Source: an uncultured Bdellovibrionales bacterium
Lineage (GTDB): Bacteria > Patescibacteriota > Minisyncoccia > Moranbacterales > DUUL01
DNA: 59,648 nucleotides
Assembly: GCA_964643985.1 (NCBI GenBank)
Contig: CAZXUS010000002.1
Span: forward strand, 1 to 59,648
Reading direction: 5' to 3'
Below the pieces are notes generated by a model that saw nothing but the letters and a program-made list of their open reading frames with translations, ran no database searches and had not been told where the DNA came from. Below, one piece after another: positions 54,550 to 59,648 of this stretch. Each line of letters begins with the position of its first letter. The first letter of the stretch is position 1. The translations under genes were made by a program, and so were the position numbers.

Positions 54550-55902
54550 ATGAAAAAAATCTTGAACGAAATCTTTGAATTGTTGGAAAACAATAGAAGC
54601 ATTCTTTATTCGGCGGTTCTTATTTTAGCTATTCCAGCTATTTTATTTGCTAGTTCTTATTATAGTTTGAATCAATTTGAGAAAAACTTTAATCATCTGA
54701 TACAAACCAAGGGAATTTTACTGGAAAATGTTTTCGTGGCTAGTTTGAATAAAGATGAAAATTTGGATAATCCAGCGGAACTTCAAGGAAAAATTTCTCG
54801 GATTATTCAGGAAAATCAAGATGTGGAGGAGTTAAAAGTAATAGCGATTGGAAATAGTAAGGAGGAAAATAAAATTTTAGCGTCTTCTAATGAAAATGAA
54901 ATAGGGGAAAAATCTGAAGATTTTAAGGACTTTTTAGCAGTTGGAATTTCGGAGGGAGTGGCCGGAATTGTAGTTGAGAACGGAACGAGATTTTGGGAGA
55001 TTGTTAAAGAAGCTGAAATGGGTAATGACCAGAGTGCTTTGATTAAAGTAAAATTGTCTTTGGCAGAAATTGACCAATCTTTTCAGCGAAGTATTAATCG
55101 GACTTACTGGGTGATTATTTTGGCGTCATTGATACTGATTTTGTTGGTGACGAATTATGTTCGATTAAGTCGCTATGTTTTGATGTATAACAAAATCAAA
55201 GAAGTAGACGAAATGAAAGACGATTTTGTTTCAATGGCTAGTCACGAGCTAAAAACTCCTTTAACGGCTATAAACGGCTATTTGGATTTATTGGGATCAG
55301 CCAAGAAAAAACTCAATAAAGATGAAAGACATTTTTTAGACAATATCCAAGTTTCAGCGACTCGGTTGAAGGCTCTAGTGGAGGATATGCTAGAAGCTTC
55401 TAGACTTGAGCAAGGACGAATTTCTTTTGAATATTCGATAGTTTCAACGGCGGAATTATCAGCCAGGGTAATCGATGCTTTATTGCCGAAAGCTAATGAA
55501 AAGAAATTAGGGCTTTCTTTGAAGAATCGATTGACTAAAGATGAAGATTTAATAAGTGTCGATTCAGGGCGATTAGAACAAATTTTAATTAATTTAATTG
55601 GTAATTCAATCAAATACACTCAAAAAGGCGCAATAGAGGTAGTAATTAGTCGAGAAAACAAGAAAGTTTGTATTGCAGTTGAAGATACCGGAATTGGAAT
55701 GACCTCCGCTGAGCGAGAAAGTCTTTTCGGCAAATTTAGTCGAATTAGAAATGAACAAACCAGCCAGGTAGAAGGAACTGGATTGGGGTTGTGGATTACT
55801 AAGCAATTGGTAGAGCAGATGAAAGGGAAAATTTCGGTGGAGAGTATTAAGGGCAAAGGTTCTAGATTTTTCGTGGCTTTCAAGGGAACTGAGAAAAAAT
55901 AG
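54550..55902 (+). CDS. Sensor histidine kinase (no response regulator adjacent)
   Basis: H-box ASHELKTPLTAINGY, N-box LINLIGNSIKYT, G-boxes EDTGIGM and GTGLGLWITKQLV, two TM segments. ATG 54550 preferred because the track GTG 54523 lies inside the repeat. Confidence 0.9.
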   Translation: MKKILNEIFELLENNRSILYSAVLILAIPAILFASSYYSLNQFEKNFNHLIQTKGILLENVFVASLNKDENLDNPAELQGKISRIIQENQDVEELKVIAIGNSKEENKILASSNENEIGEKSEDFKDFLAVGISEGVAGIVVENGTRFWEIVKEAEMGNDQSALIKVKLSLAEIDQSFQRSINRTYWVIILASLILILLVTNYVRLSRYVLMYNKIKEVDEMKDDFVSMASHELKTPLTAINGYLDLLGSAKKKLNKDERHFLDNIQVSATRLKALVEDMLEASRLEQGRISFEYSIVSTAELSARVIDALLPKANEKKLGLSLKNRLTKDEDLISVDSGRLEQILINLIGNSIKYTQKGAIEVVISRENKKVCIAVEDTGIGMTSAERESLFGKFSRIRNEQTSQVEGTGLGLWITKQLVEQMKGKISVESIKGKGSRFFVAFKGTEKK

Positions 55903-55974
55903 TAAAAATAGGCATAATAACTTAAAGCTGATTTGGTCTAAGAATTAGCTTTTTGGTTTTTAGCGGTTTTTCGA

Positions 55975-56028
55975 GAATTCCCCAGGGTTTAACCGCTGTA
56001 TTCACAGAGGTTAAACCCCTGGGAATTT
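55975..56028. repeat. Long near-perfect hairpin
   Basis: GAATTCCCCAGGGTTTAACC - 14-nt loop - GGTTAAACCCCTGGGAATTT. About 17 of 19 positions pair. Confidence 0.6.
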
Positions 56029-56034
56029 GTGCTA

Positions 56035-56063
56035 TTGACAAAAGTCTTGTTTAGGTGTATAAT
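56035..56063 (+). promoter_or_regulatory. Consensus sigma70-like promoter
   Basis: TTGACA, 17-nt spacer, TATAAT, about 110 nt upstream of the lipoprotein ATG. Confidence 0.55.
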
Positions 56064-56172
56064 TGTATATTAAAGATAGAAATGAAAGTTGTTTCGGGAT
56101 GAGTTTTTATTCCAGAAACAGCTTAAAAATTTAATTAATTTCTGGCTTAAAAAGTCGGAAAAAGGGGGAAAG

Positions 56173-56583
56173 ATGAAGAAAATTATTGCAAGAATTATTA
56201 GTTTAGTGGTTGTGATTTCAGTGGTTGTTATTCTTACTGGATGTGGCGCAAGTCATGAGAAGTATCGGGGTCATGAAAATGCTCCGTTTACTCAAATTCA
56301 GACTTTGCAGATCAATCCGAATGGGTTGAGTCCGGTTCAGTATGATGAGCTGATGAAGCGTTGGGCTTTGTTTAACGCTAACTCTAGACAGAGTATTGAT
56401 AATAATGCTCGAGCTGCGAACGCTGAACGGCAGTGGACGTCCGAAGGAGGGAACTATCGGCACGATTCCTCTAGGGGAATTCAAAACATTTTTAAAGGGG
56501 CTACTAGCTCAGCTAGTCAAACCTTTGATCGTGAAATACAAAAGGTTGTAAGAGATTCTGTGAGGAGTCTCTTCGGAAATTGA
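56173..56583 (+). CDS. Putative lipoprotein, hypothetical (visibly higher GC)
   Basis: MKKIIARIISLVVVISVVVILTGC lipobox. SD AAGGGGGA 5 nt upstream of ATG 56173, preferred over track TTG 56089. Confidence 0.65.
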   Translation: MKKIIARIISLVVVISVVVILTGCGASHEKYRGHENAPFTQIQTLQINPNGLSPVQYDELMKRWALFNANSRQSIDNNARAANAERQWTSEGGNYRHDSSRGIQNIFKGATSSASQTFDREIQKVVRDSVRSLFGN

Positions 56584-56760
56584 ATTTAATCAGGATTGAT
56601 TTACTGAGAATGTTAGAAGTCTGATCAAAAATTTGATTAGGCTTCTTTCTTTTGCAAAAATTAGTGGCCATCATAGTAGCATCTATAGAGGTCTCTATAG
56701 ATGCATCTATTTTGTTTTGGGGATAAGAAGATTAATCTTTTGTTATTTTTGTTTTTATCT

Positions 56761-56863
56761 TGTCATTCCTGTCTCCGTCTTCACGAGGATAAACTCCGGC
56801 GGGAATCTAGAAGAAAAAATAAAAGATGCAAAGGTCTGGATTCCCGCCTCCGCGGGAATGATA
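56761..56863. repeat. Family R palindromes, copies R3 (long-loop variant) and R4
   Basis: TGTCATTCCTGTCTCCGTCTTCACGAGGATAAACTCCGGCGGGAATC and CTGGATTCCCGCCTCCGCGGGAATGATA. They produce the spurious track ORFs 56633-56914 and 56701-56886. Confidence 0.7.
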
Positions 56864-56906
56864 AACTTATTAATACTTCACGTTAAATACTGTTTACTTT
56901 ATGCTA

Positions 56907-56940
56907 GATACTAAATACTCAATACTAAATACTCAATACT
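56907..56940. repeat. AATACT-type satellite block
   Basis: GATACTAAATACTCAATACTAAATACTCAATACT. Related to 27755-27873. Confidence 0.6.
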
Positions 56941-57034
56941 TTTCAACATTTCATTCACAATCCTCAATTTTACTAAAACTAGAAATGTGCTAATATGATA
57001 GAATAGTTCAGAAAATTAATTCAAAAAAACCAAA

Positions 57035-58459
57035 ATGGCAGAGAAAAATTCAAAAAAATTTGATAAACCTAAATTTGACCCTAAAAAACCAGCTAAAACT
57101 AGTTTGTATCAAGATAAACTTCGAATGCCACCTAATAATATTGAAGCGGAAATTTCGACTTTAGGGGCTTTGATGATTGATAAGGATGCGATTACTAAAG
57201 TAGCCGATATTATTTGTCCGGATGATTTTTATAAAGATAAAAACGGGCGAATTTATGAAACCATTATGGAGCTTTATCAAGAGCAAGAACCCTTGGATAT
57301 TTTGAGCGTTTCTTCAAAGCTAAAAGATAAAAAATTATTAAAAGAAATTGGCGGGCGAGTTTATTTGACGGAATTGATGAATGCGGTTCCTTCGGCGGCT
57401 AATGTGGTTTCTTATGCTAATTTGGTGCGGAAAAAATCAGTTTTGAGAAATTTAATTCAAACGGCTTCGGAAATTGTGGAAATGGGTTATGCAGAAGAGA
57501 AACCAATCGATGAAATTTTGGATAAAGCCGAACAAAATCTTTTTTCAGTAGGGCAAAAATCAGTTAAGCAAGATTTTGCGCCAATGAGTACTTTGTTGGA
57601 AAAAGCGTTTGTGCGAATTGATGAAATGCATAATAATGCTGATAAATTTCGGGGGATTGCGACTGGGTTTACGGATTTAGATAAATTGTTGTCGGGTTTG
57701 CAAAAATCAGATTTGATTATTTTAGCTGCTAGGCCTTCAATTGGAAAGACTTCTTTTGCTTTGAATTTAGCGATAAATGCAGCGGTGAACGATAAAGCTT
57801 CAGTGGGAGTTTTTTCTTTGGAGATGTCCTCCGATCAATTGGTGGATAGAATGTTATCAACACAATCGGGGGTTAATCTTTGGAATTTACGAACGGGAAA
57901 TATTGCTTCAGATTCGGAAGATGATGATTTTCAAAAAATTGGAGATGCAATGGGAGTTTTGTCCGAAGCGGCGATTCACATTGATGATAGTGCCACGGCT
58001 AATATTATGGAGATGCGAACAATGGCGAGACGTTTACAGGCCGATAAGGGTCTGGATTTACTGGTTATTGATTATTTGCAATTAATGGAAGGGCGAGGAA
58101 AACATAGTGATAATCGAGTTCAGGAAATTTCGGAAATTTCTCGAGGTTTGAAAAACCTAGCCAAAGAATTAAATGTGCCAATCGTCGCCTTGTCTCAACT
58201 TTCTCGAGCCGTAGAAAATCGAAGTCCTCAAATTCCGAAACTTTCCGATTTGAGAGAATCTGGTTCAATTGAGCAGGACGCGGATGTGACGATGTTTTTG
58301 TATCGAGAGGATCGGGAAAAACCGGAAACAGAAAATAAAAATATCGTGGAAGTGATTGTGGCTAAGCATCGGAATGGACCGGTGGGGAATGTGGCGCTAT
58401 ACTTCGACGAAAAGACTACCTGTTTCAAGAATCTCGAAAAGTACAAGGCAGAAAATTAA
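57035..58459 (+). CDS. dnaB: Replicative DNA helicase DnaB
   Basis: N-terminal PPNNIEAEISTLGALM, Walker A ARPSIGKTSFALN, Walker B LLVIDYLQLM, and SQLSRAVE and RNGP motifs. Confidence 0.95.
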   Translation: MAEKNSKKFDKPKFDPKKPAKTSLYQDKLRMPPNNIEAEISTLGALMIDKDAITKVADIICPDDFYKDKNGRIYETIMELYQEQEPLDILSVSSKLKDKKLLKEIGGRVYLTELMNAVPSAANVVSYANLVRKKSVLRNLIQTASEIVEMGYAEEKPIDEILDKAEQNLFSVGQKSVKQDFAPMSTLLEKAFVRIDEMHNNADKFRGIATGFTDLDKLLSGLQKSDLIILAARPSIGKTSFALNLAINAAVNDKASVGVFSLEMSSDQLVDRMLSTQSGVNLWNLRTGNIASDSEDDDFQKIGDAMGVLSEAAIHIDDSATANIMEMRTMARRLQADKGLDLLVIDYLQLMEGRGKHSDNRVQEISEISRGLKNLAKELNVPIVALSQLSRAVENRSPQIPKLSDLRESGSIEQDADVTMFLYREDREKPETENKNIVEVIVAKHRNGPVGNVALYFDEKTTCFKNLEKYKAEN

Positions 58460-58603
58460 AAATCTGGCAAATTTCTTTGTCAAAGTCTCCGGTTTTTTGT
58501 CGCCGCACTAATCTAATGCGCCTCCAAAAAATACTCAACTTTTCCTCGAACTTTGCTCATATTTATAATTTCGAATTCGAAGAATAAAATTTTCCAGATT
58601 GGC
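58460..58603 (+). repeat. Family B element, copy B6, starting immediately after the dnaB stop
   Basis: AAATCTGGCAAATTTCTTTGTCAAAGTCTCCGG...CCTCGAACTTTGCTCAT. Outer inverted blocks AATCTGGCAAATTT / AAAATTTTCCAGATT. Confidence 0.6.
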
Positions 58604-58617
58604 TGATTTTTTTGCTT

Positions 58618-58675
58618 GCCCGTCTTGCGTTGCTTACCGAGGCGGACCTCGCCATAGCTTTAACGAAGGTGGGTC
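58618..58675. repeat. GC-rich hairpin modules (A-type plus a second module)
   Basis: GCCCGTCTTGCGTTGCTTACCGAGGCGGAC followed by CTCGCCATAGCTTTAACGAAGGTGGGTC. The latter is the inverse of a block in 43100-43140. Confidence 0.5.
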
Positions 58676-58799
58676 AAAACTTTCGCGATTCATTCAATGT
58701 ATCTTTCAATACATTTTATTGTATCGCTCGGTTTTTCCTCAAAATCATCTCAATTTTAAAAGTTTTTAATTTTTTTAAATTTAAAATTATAAAGTTTTC

Positions 58800-58880
58800 G
58801 TCACCAGTAATCAGTCACCAGTAATCAACAGGACGTTGAAATTTGTGACAAGTAATTGCTGATGACTGATGACTAATGAC
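58800..58880. repeat. Palindromic element built from GATTACTGGTGAC / TGATGAC repeats, overlapping the track start of recR
   Basis: GTCACCAGTAATCAGTCACCAGTAATCA ... GTAATTGCTGATGACTGATGACTAATGAC. The arms are imperfect inverted repeats. Confidence 0.55.
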
Positions 58881-58886
58881 TTATTC

Positions 58887-59480
58887 ATGTTTCCAAAACT
58901 ATTTCAAAAATTAATAGATCATTTTACGGAATTGCCTTCAGTCGGTCCAAGAATGGCGGAACGGTTAGTCTTGTATCTTTTTAAGCAGGATAAAAAAAAG
59001 ATTCAACGTTTTGCTAAAGATCTTTATGAATTTGGTTCTAATTTAAATTATTGTGAAAAATGTTTTAACATAGCTGAAAAAGATTATTGTGAAATTTGTG
59101 CTAATAAAAAAAGAGATCATAGCACGATTTGTGTAGTGGAAGATCCTTTGGATGTGATTGCGGTGGAGAAGACTCGCAATTTCAGGGGGGTTTATCATGT
59201 TTTGGGAGGAAATTTGAGCGTGATGAATGAGGATGAAATTCGAAAATTAAAAATAAATGAATTGATTGCTCGAGTTAAATCCGAGAAGCCTAAGGAGATT
59301 ATTTTAGCTACCAATCCAACCACTGATGGAGAAACTACAGCCTTGTATTTGGCACGAGTTTTAAAACCTTCGAAAGTTAAAATTACTCGAATTGCTAGGG
59401 GATTGCCAACTGGGGGAGATATTGAATATGCGGATGAAGTGACGCTTGGAAGCTCAATCGAAGGCAGAAGGGAAATGTAG
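58887..59480 (+). CDS. recR: Recombination protein RecR
   Basis: HhH LPSVGPRMAERL, C4 zinc finger CEKCFNIAEKDYCEIC, Toprim VVEDPLDV...ATNPTTDGE. ATG 58887 preferred over 58869, which lies inside the repeat. Confidence 0.9.
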   Translation: MFPKLFQKLIDHFTELPSVGPRMAERLVLYLFKQDKKKIQRFAKDLYEFGSNLNYCEKCFNIAEKDYCEICANKKRDHSTICVVEDPLDVIAVEKTRNFRGVYHVLGGNLSVMNEDEIRKLKINELIARVKSEKPKEIILATNPTTDGETTALYLARVLKPSKVKITRIARGLPTGGDIEYADEVTLGSSIEGRREM

Positions 59481-59483
59481 CAG

Positions 59484-59560
59484 ATATAAGGATATAAGAG
59501 CGTTAAGGATATATAATACAAAGATACAAGAAGCAAGGATGTAAGGATGCAAGATACAAA
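59484..59560. repeat. AAGGAT/AAGATA simple-sequence block
   Basis: GATATAAGGATATAAGAGCGTTAAGGATATATAATACAAAGATACAAGAAGCAAGGATGTAAGGATGCAAGATACAAAC. Confidence 0.4.
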
Positions 59561-59593
59561 CAAATCTCAAATTAAAATATTTAAATTACAAAC

Positions 59594-59612
59594 AAAAAAC
59601 CTTCGGTTTTTT
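59594..59612 (+). terminator. Small terminator-like hairpin after recR
   Basis: AAAAAACC-TTC-GGTTTTTT. Confidence 0.45.
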
Positions 59613-59648
59613 GAGTTTGGATATTTTAATTTGAGATTTTTAATTTGT

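Noticed and set aside
56633-56914. Track ORFs 56633-56914 and 56701-56886
   Set aside because: They are translations of the family R palindromes (WIPASAGM / DSRLRGNDK peptides) and satellites, with no SD and no coding character.
58612-58824. Track ORF 58612-58824
   Set aside because: It lies entirely on GC-rich hairpin modules and AT-rich repeat sequence between dnaB and recR. It starts at a TTG inside a repeat.
1-59648. Alternative genetic code (UGA or UAA recoding), prompted by the in-frame TAA at 3660
   Set aside because: TGA ends mnmA and mreC, and TAA/TAG end many conserved genes (nuoF, tig, dnaB, ssb) at lengths typical for their families. A global reassignment is therefore not supported.

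Overview
This is a low-GC, gene-dense bacterial window. By inference only (compact housekeeping set, Lys/Glu-rich tails on ribosomal proteins, palindromic repeats of the type seen here) it looks like a small-genome Patescibacteria/CPR-like organism. Standard genetic code: TGA and TAA end conserved genes at the expected lengths.

Recognisable genes:
- Translation and chaperones: rpsF-ssb-rpsR, efp, rpmB (below the ORF-track size cut-off, found by hand), rplJ-rplL, nusA, rpsP, proS, mnmA, tig, clpP, groES.
- Replication and repair: dnaB, recR, xseB.
- Cell shape and envelope: mreBCD-mrdA, secD, a MraY/WecA-type transferase, a lytic transglycosylase with LysM domains.
- Energy: a NuoE/NuoF/HydA [FeFe]-hydrogenase operon, family II pyrophosphatase, a Nox/CoADR-type flavoprotein.
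- An accessory block at 1-12.9 kb encoding secreted or lipid-active proteins.

I found no defence system, CRISPR array, tRNA, rRNA, integrase or transposase. The most unusual content is non-coding: at least four families of nested, palindromic, MITE-like intergenic elements. They sit directly against stop and start codons, fill both intercistronic gaps of the hydrogenase operon, and show filled versus empty site variants.

Other points of interest:
- SecD carries an inserted parvulin-like domain that appears permuted.
- A hydrolase-PKD gene is split by a single in-frame TAA.
- Several small ORFs are broken at homopolymer tracts (G8, A7, T5).
- A 16-bp perfect inverted repeat brackets a small ORF.
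- An NrnA homologue has degenerate catalytic motifs.

All domain calls rest on motif recognition by eye. No database search was run.
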